A stretch of DNA of 64,000 nucleotides from Microthyrium microscopicum. Taxonomy: Eukaryota. Position numbers and translations under genes: made by a program. The stretch spans positions 879,530-943,529 of the forward strand of contig MU004238.1 of the NCBI GenBank assembly GCA_010405405.1, given 5' to 3'. Each line of letters opens with the position of its first letter. Position 1 is the stretch's first letter. Below, piece by piece: positions 37,016-48,862 of the stretch. The notes beneath the pieces were generated by a model, which ran no database searches, had not been told where the DNA came from, and worked only from the letters and a program-made list of their open reading frames with translations.

Positions 37016-39397
37016 ATGGCTACCTTTGGCGGCCCTCCGTCCTTCCAACCCTCTCAATCCGACCCTCGTCATTACACAAACATGCCGCCATCTCAAGAAA
37101 GAGCCAATTTTGATGGCAGTCCTGCCAGGTTCAACGGATACCCACCACCACCTCCTCCCTCTGGCCAGCCTGAGTATCCTTCATCTTTCAATGGCTATCC
37201 CCCTCCATCAGGTCCTCCTGCATCGCAGCCTATCGCTGATGCCGTGAATAACGCTTTCGATACCAGTGCCGCTGCCAATCAACTACCATCTGATGTAATC
37301 GCCCAGATTACCGCACATGTACGCTCACAAGTGATAGACTCACTCAAGCAAGAGCTTGCAGGTGGTCAGACGCCATTCTCTGGTACCCCCGGTCAACAAA
37401 CACCTTTTGCTCCTGGTGGTACACCAGCTGTCAATATTCCTATGCCTGGTTCTCGTCCGCCCGTGGCCTCACCTTCGCATAATTTTGGCCCAGGAGGCGC
37501 ACCACCACCAGTACCAAACTTTCCACCTCCAGGCGATCAGCCCTACGTTGTGAGTCCGGGTCAGTCGAATTCAACTTGGTCTCAGCGTAATTCGACAAGA
37601 ACTATCAGAACGCCACCAACACCCGAACGAGATTCTGATGAGTCTGCCTACTTCAACAACGAAGACACAAGAGAAAAGTCATCATACTCACAGAACATTC
37701 GAGAGGATACATCGAAGCCAATACCAATTAGAAGACCATCCAACAAAAGCCCATCCAGAGGCGGAAATATGAAGGAAGATTTAACTTCAAGATATGGAGA
37801 GCGCACTCGAGAAGGTTCCACCACAACTGAAGACCGACCAGCTGCAAACAGATCCAGGACTAATGATGACGAGACTGTTGTTGAAAAGATGTGGCAGCCC
37901 CTCTTTGACGCCGAATGCATGCCAACAGCTCGTATGAATCAATTCTTACGAGGCGTTGCTCTATACCTGGTTGAAGATTACGAGCCAAAGAACTCATTGG
38001 TTGTTGGTCCTCGAAAGATGAAGAAGTTTTTCGAGGCCATGAAAATTTCCAATGAGGTCTTTCCATGGAAGGACATATTTTCACTCCCGTCCCCTCAATT
38101 GTCAGCCTTGTATACTTCGCTTTCAAGCCAGCATCACCTAATTCCCCGATCATCCGCTCCGTTTGAAGCTCCACATCTGGCTGCTTTAACTTCACAAGGA
38201 TTCGCATCTTTCATGACCGTCTTCATTCAGGCATATCCGGACTTGGAGTTTCAGCGCCTTGCCGCCACAGTGAGAGAACTACCAATCTCCAATGCAGATG
38301 AAAGAAAAGAACGATGGCCGAAGGAGCTGAGCCGCCGATTACTTCCCCGAACCGGTTCTGAAACCCAGCGACGGAAGCTGAATGATGTTCTGCGCAAGGT
38401 TGGCGTTGCAGGACCTAATACATCACTGCCACCTCCACCTCCAGGTCATCCTCCAGCTTCTGCTCCACCCCAAGGTTATTCATCATCCGCTCCACAGTCT
38501 GGGTTTGCTCCACCACCGAACCCTTCATCGCAGAACCCTAAAGTAACATTTTCCACTCAACATCGACCGTCTCAGACTCCACAGCCTTCAAATTTACGGG
38601 AGAACCATGGAGAAACTTCTGATTCTGATGATTCTTCTCGTCCTTCAATTCCAATAGAGCGTGAGCGCAAACCCTATATAGCAAAAGAAGGCGGCGGGAA
38701 GATTCACGAGGAGAAGAACTCTAGACCGTCTCAATCGGTGCCGCCACCATCAACTACGTCTAACAGACCTCCTGAGCGCGGCAGCACCTCCTCCAAATAT
38801 CCACCGACTGCTGCCCCACCACGTCGTGAGCGAGCTCCTTCCAACGCAGATCGTAATTCCTATCCAACTGGAAAGCGCTCCAGCACGGTCAGACCACATA
38901 GTCCAGCCGATCGCCAGTACGGCCGAAACTCAGGTCCTCTCGACAATTCCGGTTCTAATGGGTCTACCGGATATTACGAAGATGAGCGCGAGCGCTACTA
39001 CGAACAACGCAGCGAACGTGAACGCGGTGATCGCGAACGAAGCGATCGAGACCGTGGCGATAGAGAGCGCAACGATCGAGATCGTCTTGAACGCGGTGAG
39101 CGCGAGCGCTCTGATCGATCACGCGCTGACCGCGACCGCTTGGAACGCGGAGAGCGCGCTGATCGTGCCAACAGCATGGCTGAAGGACTAGATCGCGTCA
39201 GCAGCCGGCCAGATCGCGATGATACACGCGGTGAGCGTGTGGATAGAGTCCAGAGCGGTCGTGAGGAGGACGAGCGGGAGCGTCGATATGCAAAATACGA
39301 TGAGGAATATCGCCGGAATGGCGGTAGTCTACCTGGCGTGTCGTCGGGATCTTATGCGGGTAATGCACCGCTTGGGACTGGCGAGCGTCGATACTAA
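37016..39397 (+). CDS. Proline-rich conserved fungal protein (central DUF7514-like domain, RD/RE-rich C-terminus)
   Basis: GCCGCCATGG Kozak start at 37016. Central EKMWQPLFD...TARMNQFLRGVALYLVEDYEPKNSLVV...ALTSQGF...AYPDLEFQRL...LPISNADERKERWPKELSRRLLP. Intronless. Confidence 0.85.
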   Translation: MATFGGPPSFQPSQSDPRHYTNMPPSQERANFDGSPARFNGYPPPPPPSGQPEYPSSFNGYPPPSGPPASQPIADAVNNAFDTSAAANQLPSDVIAQITAHVRSQVIDSLKQELAGGQTPFSGTPGQQTPFAPGGTPAVNIPMPGSRPPVASPSHNFGPGGAPPPVPNFPPPGDQPYVVSPGQSNSTWSQRNSTRTIRTPPTPERDSDESAYFNNEDTREKSSYSQNIREDTSKPIPIRRPSNKSPSRGGNMKEDLTSRYGERTREGSTTTEDRPAANRSRTNDDETVVEKMWQPLFDAECMPTARMNQFLRGVALYLVEDYEPKNSLVVGPRKMKKFFEAMKISNEVFPWKDIFSLPSPQLSALYTSLSSQHHLIPRSSAPFEAPHLAALTSQGFASFMTVFIQAYPDLEFQRLAATVRELPISNADERKERWPKELSRRLLPRTGSETQRRKLNDVLRKVGVAGPNTSLPPPPPGHPPASAPPQGYSSSAPQSGFAPPPNPSSQNPKVTFSTQHRPSQTPQPSNLRENHGETSDSDDSSRPSIPIERERKPYIAKEGGGKIHEEKNSRPSQSVPPPSTTSNRPPERGSTSSKYPPTAAPPRRERAPSNADRNSYPTGKRSSTVRPHSPADRQYGRNSGPLDNSGSNGSTGYYEDERERYYEQRSERERGDRERSDRDRGDRERNDRDRLERGERERSDRSRADRDRLERGERADRANSMAEGLDRVSSRPDRDDTRGERVDRVQSGREEDERERRYAKYDEEYRRNGGSLPGVSSGSYAGNAPLGTGERRY

Positions 39398-40139
39398 AGC
39401 CTTGTTGTTCTGCTGGGGTCTGAAAATGTTGATTGTGCTTTGTTTGTTTTTCTTTTTATTATGCTTTTCCGTCCTCTTCTAGTTTCACATGTACCAACTA
39501 GATTGACATCTTTACATTATTATGACATTGTTCTTGTGCAGCGTTTTGTAAATAGCGGGCTTGCAGGCTGTTGGATTGATTGTCCTTTGGCGGCTCATTT
39601 TCATGTATACCCTATTCTTTGTTTATATAACGGCCGGCCTATCTCAATTTCCACGCATTTTCTTTAGAGTACCCCCTATTGCGTGTGTACATGGTCTCCT
39701 TGGCTGTTGGGTGGAAACATGTACATAACCTTCGCTCATAGCATGTGTTCATTAGCTGTCGTAAATATGTACACAACATTGACTCTACAAAGCATGTCAG
39801 AATAGAATCTCCAAGTCCTTCATGCTCGTATTCGCAAGTTGGTACTAGCGTCTTTCGCGATATAAGACAGAAACCAATGTTAGAACATTCTAAAACTCTC
39901 AATGAAGGCTCAAAATCGTGAAGTATATTAACGCTCAAATTTCATGTAGCATATGCTGCGAAAAGCTGCAACAACGAAGCAAAAACACGCTATGATGGCT
40001 ATTATACATAAAAAGGTTTGCCAAATACCATTACAAGCCATGAAATCTGTATGCCATACATCAACAGCAGTACAAATATACCCATAAAGTCATCACATAT
40101 ATCCTACCATAAAACAACAAAGGTCAGACTGCTCGGCAA

Positions 40140-43029
40140 TTACTTCTTAGCGTCCACCCAGTCCTTAGCCATCCATGGACTGCTCAGAAGTTCACTCGCC
40201 TCCGGTCTTCGCTCATGCTCAATATCAAACGTCGAGTCCAAGAACGCACGCAACTCTGCAGAGGCGTTATCTGGTACAGTTGGACGAGCTTGCTCACTAA
40301 GGCCGCCAATCTTGAAGATAGCCTGCATTTGCGTACAGTTAGGATGGGGATGTGTGCCTGTTAACATTTCGACGATGAGACAGCCGAGGGACCAGATGTC
40401 TGCCTTGCGCGTATATGCTGTTTGCTTGACCACTTCTGGGGCCATCCAGAAGACGGATCCTTGGAGAGAAACACGATTGCCTTTCTTGGTTGGGCCAGCG
40501 CCGAGGATGGACGAGGCCTCCACACGCTTGGAGATACCGAAATCGGAGATCTTGACGGCACCTCTGTGGTCGATGAGGATATTTGCTCCCTTGATGTCAC
40601 GGTGGATAATGTCCTTGGAGTGCAAATATTCGAGGCCAGTCAGGATTTGGCGGACAAAGTTGGCAACTAGCGATTCGCCTAGAGCGCCGTAGTTGACGAG
40701 CATTTTGGCGACGGAGCCACCGGGCACGTATTCAAGGAAAATATTGAGGTGCGTGTCTTCACGGTTGGAGCCAAGGTATTGCACGATGTTGTCATGTTTA
40801 AGTTCGCGAAGTAGGTCGATTTCGTGCTTGAGGGCTTCAACCATAGTGTTCTTCTTTGCGTCCAAAGCAGAGCCGTGGGTGCTTGGCATTTCGACTTGTT
40901 TGACAGCCATGAGCTCGCCGGTTACGGCATGGAGTGCTAGGTAAACAGAGCCGAAAGATCCTTGACCGATGAGGGCACCCTTCATGTACTTGAAGTTGTC
41001 CCATGAATTGTCCTCGAGGTATTCGGTGAGCTCTTCGTCTTCGTCTTCGCTGTCTTCTTGTACCAGTTGTGAGAGACGTTTGTTGAGGCTGTCCAAAGGC
41101 CCGTCACCATCTAAACTACTATTGGCCAGACTGCTGCGAGCATCGTCATAGTATGTTGTGTGGCCATCTGGGTCAGTGACATGTACATTGGAGTCGTTAT
41201 GGAAAGCTCCAAAGCTCTTGCGAGAATCAGACTCGAGAGGACTCTCCTCATCCAGTGGTTCGAGCATGCTACTTGCTATCGAGTCTCGAATACCTCCCCG
41301 CTGACCTAGTTGCAGAACGGATAGTGGCCGTACATTGGCTTTTGGCAATTCCCGAAGCCATGGGTCATTAATGGTTGGAAGTGCGGGCACAGGAGGAGTA
41401 TCGAGTGATGAAGCCACGCTGATGCCAGACATGTTGCTCATGACGCTCAGTCTGCTAGTAGCACGACTTATGCGGCGAGAGCGACGAACAGACATGCGAA
41501 CCGTCTTATCAATAGCTTCCTTCTCAAAGTCTGGGAAGTATGTCGACAAGTCTGATGCAATGAGTTCACTAGGTGGGCGGCCACCAAAGTGTTCCTTCAT
41601 TGGACGTGCTCGTGGTAAGGGAACATCTTGCGGTCGTTGCAAGTCTTCCTGTGCAGCAAAGATGTGTCGTTCCCGCTCCTTCGCTGACGCTGGTGACTGC
41701 GGATAACTTAGCGGGGCAAGAGACTCGCCGGTGATCTTTTCAATTTTGATCTGGCTCCTGGTACTAACAGGAATGATTGCGTTGCTGCTTTGTTGGTTCT
41801 GTATTTGAGCAGCAATGCTTGCAGCGGTTTTCAGCTGATCTTCATCCGGCTCGCCCTGGTGTATCTTTCGAAGAATGAGTCTGTTGCGTTCAACTCTAGT
41901 CTTGTCTGAACAGATGCGCATCACTTCAGCGTCATTGATGCGTCGACATAGAGCGGGATTTGGCTCAATGCCATCTAAGACGTAGAAGCAGTAGTTCTTC
42001 ACGTGGGCTTCATTGAATTGGCCTTTCCGTAATGTTTTCAGCATAACCTCCTCAACAGCAACGCAACGGTCAATATTGACAACGCTGGTACGACCGGTAT
42101 CGAAAATAACTCGAATCAATGGCTTGTCGATGGGAAGGATACTGCTGGTCGAGGCACCGTCCGTACTCAGACCCCTATTATGAGCAAAGCGAGGATCTCG
42201 AGGCGTTTCTGACTGTATCGTAGCAGATCGTGGAGGCGCGGCATAGCGAGAGGTTAGAATATTATCGGTAGAAGATGCAGGAGTGCGAACAGATGCTGCG
42301 CTGTTTGGCTGTTGATTTTGTTCTTTTTGGGGGCTCATTGCACCATAACCTCGCTGTCTTGCTTGTTGTGGCCGCTCCACCTCGATGTAAGGAGATGAAG
42401 GTCGAGATGAATTCGAAGTCTTGATACTTGACCCAGAGTACTGGAGGGTAGCATTAGAATGGTTGTAGTCGGTAATTTGCCGGGACATGCGTTTCGACTG
42501 GTCTCGATTGCCATGATTGAATCGAGATGCGTGTGAGGGTTTTGGGGAAGCAGATGAAGGAGGCGTAAACTGAGGATTATCTAGAGAAGCTAAAGATTGC
42601 TACACCATATTAGCATTTGAACATGATTTTAGAATAGGAAAAAACACATACTCGATTCTTCGTTGCTTTGGAAGATTTCTTTGTATCAGTTTCGCGAAAC
42701 TTTTTGGCCAGCGTCGATATTCGAATTTGATCTCCAACTCTCTTGACGCCGAGTTCTCTGAGAGCACTGCGGTCCAACTCTATTAAAACCGCGCCCGTGA
42801 TATTGTTTTCAGCAAATATGGAGACATATGCGGAGCAGTTGATGCTCCGTAACCATTCGGCCACGCGATCTTCGTCCCAGTTCTTAATAGAGGACGAGCT
42901 CTCGTAGTGTTCCGAGAACTCGGATTCAGTGGGACTAGCAAAGAATCCGTGGTGCTCGCGTGCTGGGACCCGATAAGTCGCAGCATATTGAGAAGTCGGA
43001 TACGGCGATTTTGCTGAAAGCAGCGCCAT
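40140..43029 (-). CDS. STE11: MAP kinase kinase kinase Ste11/SteC (SAM, Ras-association and kinase domains)
   Basis: SAM exon WDEDRVAEWLRSINC...LRELGVKRVGDQIRI; intron 42651-42600; RA region; kinase GALIGQGSFG, MAVKQV, HRDIKGAN, DFG and GSVFWMAPE. Confidence 0.97.
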
Positions 43030-43122
43030 GATGGGCAATTGGAGGTCGACGGACGGATGAAGGAGAGATGGGTGTTGTGACCCGTCGGGCGGCTAAGTGC
43101 TGAGGACGAAGACTCGATGGAA

Positions 43123-43137
43123 TCAAAGGAAGAACAT
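43123..43137 (-). promoter_or_regulatory. Candidate uORF (MFFL*) in the STE11 5' leader, downstream of a probable 5'-UTR intron (43399 to 43168 or 43155)
   Basis: GCCATGTTCTTCCTTTGA on the minus strand ends ~93 nt before the STE11 ATG. GTGAGT donor at 43399, CTAAT/CTGAC branch at ~43190, CAG/TAG acceptors. Confidence 0.45.
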
Positions 43138-44754
43138 GGCCGTGTTGGTATGAGCTATGAGATAGGACTGGAAAGCCAAACAACAAGTCAGTATTAGATA
43201 CGCGGAGAGCTGGTGGCAACTGAGGCAGTCACGAGAGGAGGAAATGGCAGGAGGGAGGAAGAAACAGAGCAGGAGTTTGGTGTTGCAGTTTCGCAGCAGC
43301 TGGCAGTTGCAACAGAACAGTCGTGGCTTCCAACTGGTCGCGCGTGGAGACACAACGCTAGGTATCAATCCCGCGAGAAAATAAGTGGAGCTCACTCACC
43401 CAACAATGAATAATCTGATAGGATACTGCGTCGATTTCAACGTCCACTGAAGAACAACAGGAGATGTTGGTCCAGGAGAATAAAAGAAAGCTGCGGGCGA
43501 AGGATGCGGGAGTCGTGGGTGGCACAGGTTCTTAGACGGCCTCTGCCACAGCGTTCTGGAGATGTTTGAGAGCTCAGATTTCAAGCGGGCATGAACAATG
43601 CTCAAATTGGCGATATGACTTTTGAGGACAATGAAATTGGAGAAAGGTTCACGTGTACACTGGTGACAAAGAAAGTGTGGTCAACTTGTCGGGAGTTAAT
43701 GAAGACACCCAGTGATAGTCTCTTCCAGTCAAAGAGGAAGAGAATGATGTCGGGAACGAGGAGACAAATGGATTTGAGCGGCGGGATGCATCAAAATGCG
43801 TAGAGTAGGCAAGAGGGGAATAGTGGGGATGGGATGCGGTACCGTAGGGTGGCCGGATAGACTTTCAAGGGTCTGAAACGCTGCTCGTTGCTCGCTGCCG
43901 CCTCGTCTCAACTCCATCCAACCAATTATTTCTACGTATCGTCTTTCTAACCGCCTTCATCGACTGCCCTGTACCGGATCATCCCGCCAGTCAATCATCG
44001 TCTACACCCATCTACATTCTGTCTGGTCGACTTCGCGTGGCCACCTCTCGTAAGATATAAGATGAGCCTACAGCTGACCCATAAAAGCAAGTCCTGCCCA
44101 TTTTATATCTCATCTACCAAGTACCCTTATTGCCCCCAAGACCTCATTTGAAAAGCTAAATATCCTGGCCGAGGCTGACCCACGACGTTGGGTTCGGAAG
44201 AAAAAGCGGTCATCTGTCGCTGTTGGTCGTTTCAGTCGCCCAACCAAGCATGCAGTATCCTGCAGTGTCATACAGGATTGCGACCTGGTCATTTTCACTC
44301 CTTGAATTTGCTTTGCTCTACTGATACCGTTGGAACCGAGGATGATCTACGAACCATATTCAAACATTTCCATCTACAAAACTGCATAAAGAGGGATGGG
44401 TGGTCATCAAACTGCTAATCCCATCATCTCGACCCTAGATATCCTGCCAAAATTAGCGCTGAAGGTCATCCAATCAGCATGTTGTGCTCAAAGCCTTATA
44501 GGACAAGCTATAAGCAAGGGGGATTGTTCCTTGATCTATATCATGATTTGGTAACATTATTCTATCGCTGCTAGCTAGCTATCATAAAGCTGTTCAACAC
44601 ATCCATGACCGCTCATTGTAACTATCATCTCATCAGATCGGCCAATGCCAATTCGGATGGTCTCATCAATTCCCTGCTCATCGGCATTTCCAGCCTGTAT
44701 GCATAGGATACACGCGCCTACGTCTTGATCCGAACAATGCACCATGGTCCCACC

Positions 44755-46891
44755 CTAGTCCAAGTCCATATCATCCTCCGCGCCCAATTGAGCCTCAACG
44801 GCGACTTGAACAGCTGATGGCACATCGTCCATAGCAGTATCGCCCCAAATCTCCATCGTACCGTCCTCTTCAACTCCAATTCTAGGTGGTCCGATCACAA
44901 CGACCCCATGCGGAACAATGACATCAGTTGTGACACCAAAGCAGCCAAACAAAGCGACCTTCTTAAGCGTCTCAGGAGCGGCCTTGAACAGACCAGCCAG
45001 TGCAACATCGTCAATGTGCTGAACAAACGACAAGTCCACATTCTCCAGCTTTGGAAAGGTCGCGCCCAAAGCAAACACTTCCAGTAGTGTTTCGACAGGA
45101 ATATGGCGACATGAGGAGACGTTGATATGACGAAGCTTCTCACCTGAATGCTCCATTAGCGCTGCAAAACCTGCGCCTGCGACGCCAATAGGTTCTTCTG
45201 GGCCTTCGGGATTTTGATTGTCGATATCGCGCACTTCGCTAATGTCAACAAATTCGAGTGGGATGTTGGCCCAATCAGTGAACAAAGCCGCCCAGCCAGA
45301 GTCAGTAGCCACGTCATTGTCTGCTACGCGAAGCTTTTTTAGCTTCGTACAAGAGTTGTGAATGGCCTCTAGGACAGAGTCGTCCAAGTCTTTGAAGCTG
45401 CGAAGAGACAGAGTTTCTAAGCGAGGTCCAATTGCGTTGATCATGCTGATCAGATTCTCGTTCTCAACGGGCTTCATAATGCGTATGCTCAGATGCTTGA
45501 GCTTCCTAAGCCCTGCAATTGAGTCAATGGCATCGCTACCGAGTTTCCAACAAAATTCCAGCTTGAGACGCTCCAGATTTGGACAGTGGGCGACAAGATC
45601 CGCGACCTGTTCGTCAGCAAAGCTATCGTCTAACCACTTTAGCTTGACAGTTTTTAGTTTCTTGCCGCGAGCTTTGAAGAACTTTGACCACTGTGGTGAT
45701 GTGATCAAGTTGGCCCCATATATTCTAATGTCCGTCAAATTTTTGGCCTTCTCGATCATATAGTCCATGCTGGAGTCCTTGAATTGGTAGGCGTTATCCA
45801 GGGCGAGATGAGTGATTTTGGGTATTTCTGCGAAGATTCGCTCGAAGTCTTTGGACTTCAGTTCTACATTCTGTCAGTTCAACAGTCGAAAGAAAGTCCC
45901 ATTGAGATACTTACTGCCACAATCGTATACCTGCAGTCGATCCATGTCGGAACGCAGGAAGAGTGGAAATGTATCTTCGTTTAGGACTCGATGCTTGGTA
46001 AATAGGCGACAGATCTGGGTGACAAGATGTTCTGGGGTGTTGTCAAAACTCTCGATGGAATCAGAAAACTTGAGCATTGTCTCAATGCATGTCTGGACGA
46101 GTGGCTTTGGGCCATAACGGACAATGCCATCCATACGCTCACTCTCCACCTTTCGAGCACGTTTGACAGGTCCACTGATCTTTTTGGCGGATTTATCGCC
46201 TTTGGATTCTTTATCCAGATCTTTGCCGCAAGCTCCACAGACGAGCCCACCATCAGGCCCAGTCTTGCTGTAGGGAGTGACTGTAAAGCGCTTCTCGCAG
46301 AGTTCACAATTCTCAAATTGGCCAGGCAGCGCTTTCTTCTTTTGGTACATGTCTTGAGTGATGTCGAAATCGCTGTCATCTTCGTCTTCGCTATCGCCTC
46401 GTTTGCTTTTCCGCTTTTTGCTCTTGGTCGCCTTCTTCTCCGCCTTCTTCTTCTTATCTGCACGTGCCTTCAAAACAGCATCTTGTTGTTGACGTCGAGA
46501 ACGATTTCTAGCGATGGCAGCCTCAGCAGCGGCTTGTGCAGCAGATTCAGCTTCCTCGCCATCTTCACCACCTTCAACTTCTTCGTTATCGTTGCCGTCG
46601 GCATTGTTTTCGGTTTGCGCAGCACGAACTCGATTCTCATAATCATCGCGGATTTGACGGGCGGAGATATTGTTTGCCTGGCAAATGTTAGGTAAAGTTC
46701 TTAACACCATCCAGGATATTGAACTTACTGCTAGGAAGTCTGTAAGAGCGGAATGACTAGTAAAGAAGAGTTAGTGAGGCCTTGCATAGACATATATGAC
46801 GTACGGGCCGCGTATGCGATTGGGTTGCCGTCGACTCGACCTATTTCAGCGTCAGAATGGATGCTTCGCTCTAGCAATTGTAAACCTACAT
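44755..46891 (-). CDS. RAD7: Nucleotide excision repair protein Rad7 (zinc finger + LRR)
   Basis: Spliced N-terminus MSSRRQPNRIRGP-HSALTDFLA-ANNISARQI. GQFENCELCEKRFTVTPYSKTGPDGGLVCGAC zinc finger, followed by LRR repeats. Confidence 0.93.
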
Positions 46892-47504
46892 ATTTCGGAC
46901 CGAACCAGGGGCTGTAGCCTGTCGTAGCTGGATGATGGCAAGGTTACGTGTAGTCGCGCTGTTCAAGAGCCCACAACAGAGCTCCTGGAGCTATGGATTT
47001 ATAGAGCGATAGTGATTAAGCGAAGGATTTGTCGAAGCTCAAAGGATGTCAAATTGTGAGGATAAGGAGAGCAGGAGGCGAGATGCATTGAGGTAAAATC
47101 CGCGGGGCAAAAGATCAAACGCGTGAGTGAAAGCGATCTTGCACGTGTGGGACGCGGAGTCACGTGAGCTTAACCCCTATTCTGGAAACTTTAATTGGAT
47201 TTCTCTCCCATTATTCAATTCAACTTGCAGCTCTTTCTCAACTTCACTTCAGCCGTCGTCAATTTTCCTCTAGGGTAGCCTATTCGCATACTCCAGTAAT
47301 CAGTAAGCCAGCGAAAGACAGACCCGACGTGCTTCCCAAACCCGTAACGACTTGTCTATCCTGACTCCTATTGCAGTTTGTACCCAATCATTGGAGATAT
47401 CAGTATTGGGGTAACAATATGCTCCAGGACCGCTTGCCAATAGCCCCAGTCACTCGAGGCGAGAAAGTCAGAGTACATAAGGGCCTAGTGTAAGACATAT
47501 GCGC

Positions 47505-48098
47505 TTATCCCTTATAATCAAAGTCTACAAGAAACCTCTTCCGGATGACAGTACTCTTTTCAGTGAGGTTTGTTGCAAAACCCGTTGTTTCTTGCTTATA
47601 CATAATCGTAAGCTCTGTTGATGTAACATGGCTACTGCTCACATGATGCGCAGTAAACTTTGATGCGCGATCGCACCGAAATGGCAGTCTAGTGCACCTA
47701 GTCTCGTATTGTACTACTTTTTCGAACTTGTTGCGTTCAATCCATAGTTTCAGTTGCTCGATTTGCAAGTAATCCGCCAGTCGTTCAATCTTCGCGTAAG
47801 CCAGATAGTCGAAGACTCCCGTGCTTCGCGTCCAGAGAAAAGGAAAGACTCCAGTGCGCAGGTAGTCCAGGATATGACGGAAAGTTTCGACGTCGAAGTC
47901 GAAGGAATAGGATCCTTGCTGACTGGTTCCGTCTGATATCTCACTTCTCCGTTGACTTTGGTTGTTGTTCTCGAAATTGAACCTTTTTTCGAAGTATTTG
48001 CTACCTTCGGTTTGACCGTGTGTCAAGGTAGACTTGGTGGTGATGAAAGTTTGGCCACCTACTTCCAAAGTGATTTTGGGATTGACGTCTGTGGACAT
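47505..48098 (-). CDS. BTB/POZ (KCTD/T1-type) domain protein, intronless
   Basis: ITLEVGGQTFITTKSTL...SKYF...FDVETFRHILDYLRTGVFPFLW...ADYLQIEQLKLWI. Confidence 0.88.
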   Translation of the reverse strand: MSTDVNPKITLEVGGQTFITTKSTLTHGQTEGSKYFEKRFNFENNNQSQRRSEISDGTSQQGSYSFDFDVETFRHILDYLRTGVFPFLWTRSTGVFDYLAYAKIERLADYLQIEQLKLWIERNKFEKVVQYETRCTRLPFRCDRASKFTAHHVSSSHVTSTELTIMYKQETTGFATNLTEKSTVIRKRFLVDFDYKG

Positions 48099-48862
48099 TC
48101 TGATTAGAAGCCAGTGATATCGTGTGCTTTGATAATATTGCAGATGGCTTGCTTTTCCGCGCAGATGTGCTGTGGGACGTTTGCTTGATTGCGGCGGGTT
48201 TATTAGAGAACAGCCAGAAGACGCTGAAAGCTATTCAGATGTAGACAGATTGCAATAGTGCTCCGGCTTTGCAACTCTGGTACCGACTTTGGGCTAACGC
48301 GAAGACAGTGTATTCAAGGATTGGTAGACCAACTTGATCGTTTCAACTACTACCAAGAGGTTATGATGAGGAACATGGTCACTAAATGTGAGCCAGACTG
48401 CTGTGTACAACTTTTGCGAAAGCTCATGTCTAGATGCACGTCGATGCACAATTTAGATAAAAAGAACTAGAAGGGCCGGTTTAACGGCAAGGACTTATCT
48501 ATGTACAGCACCTTGGCCGCATAAACACTACAGCGGCACCGAACGTACCTCTGCCTTGCATTCTGAGGGTTCTGACTGCAGGATCAGCGCATTTCGACCC
48601 TGGATTCTGATTGGATCCTTCTCTGGAACGGCGAAGCATGCTACAGTGCAAATTTGTATGTGATTAGACTATTGGATGCCAGGTAGTAATGCTAGATTTA
48701 TAGTGCTTCGTAGTTTACTACCAAAAGTCAACATTTTGGTATTGCAAGATCTTAGTAAGAACACGTTAAAATATAGAGATCCTAATACCGTTTAAAAGCC
48801 TAAAGAGCTAGTTTCCTACCAATTTATTAGCAATCAATCTATTCTTCTTTATCTTACCTATT

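Noticed and set aside
46027..46695. 222-aa plus-strand ORF (and 45981-46463 in an alternative minus frame)
   Set aside because: Shadow ORFs overlapping RAD7.
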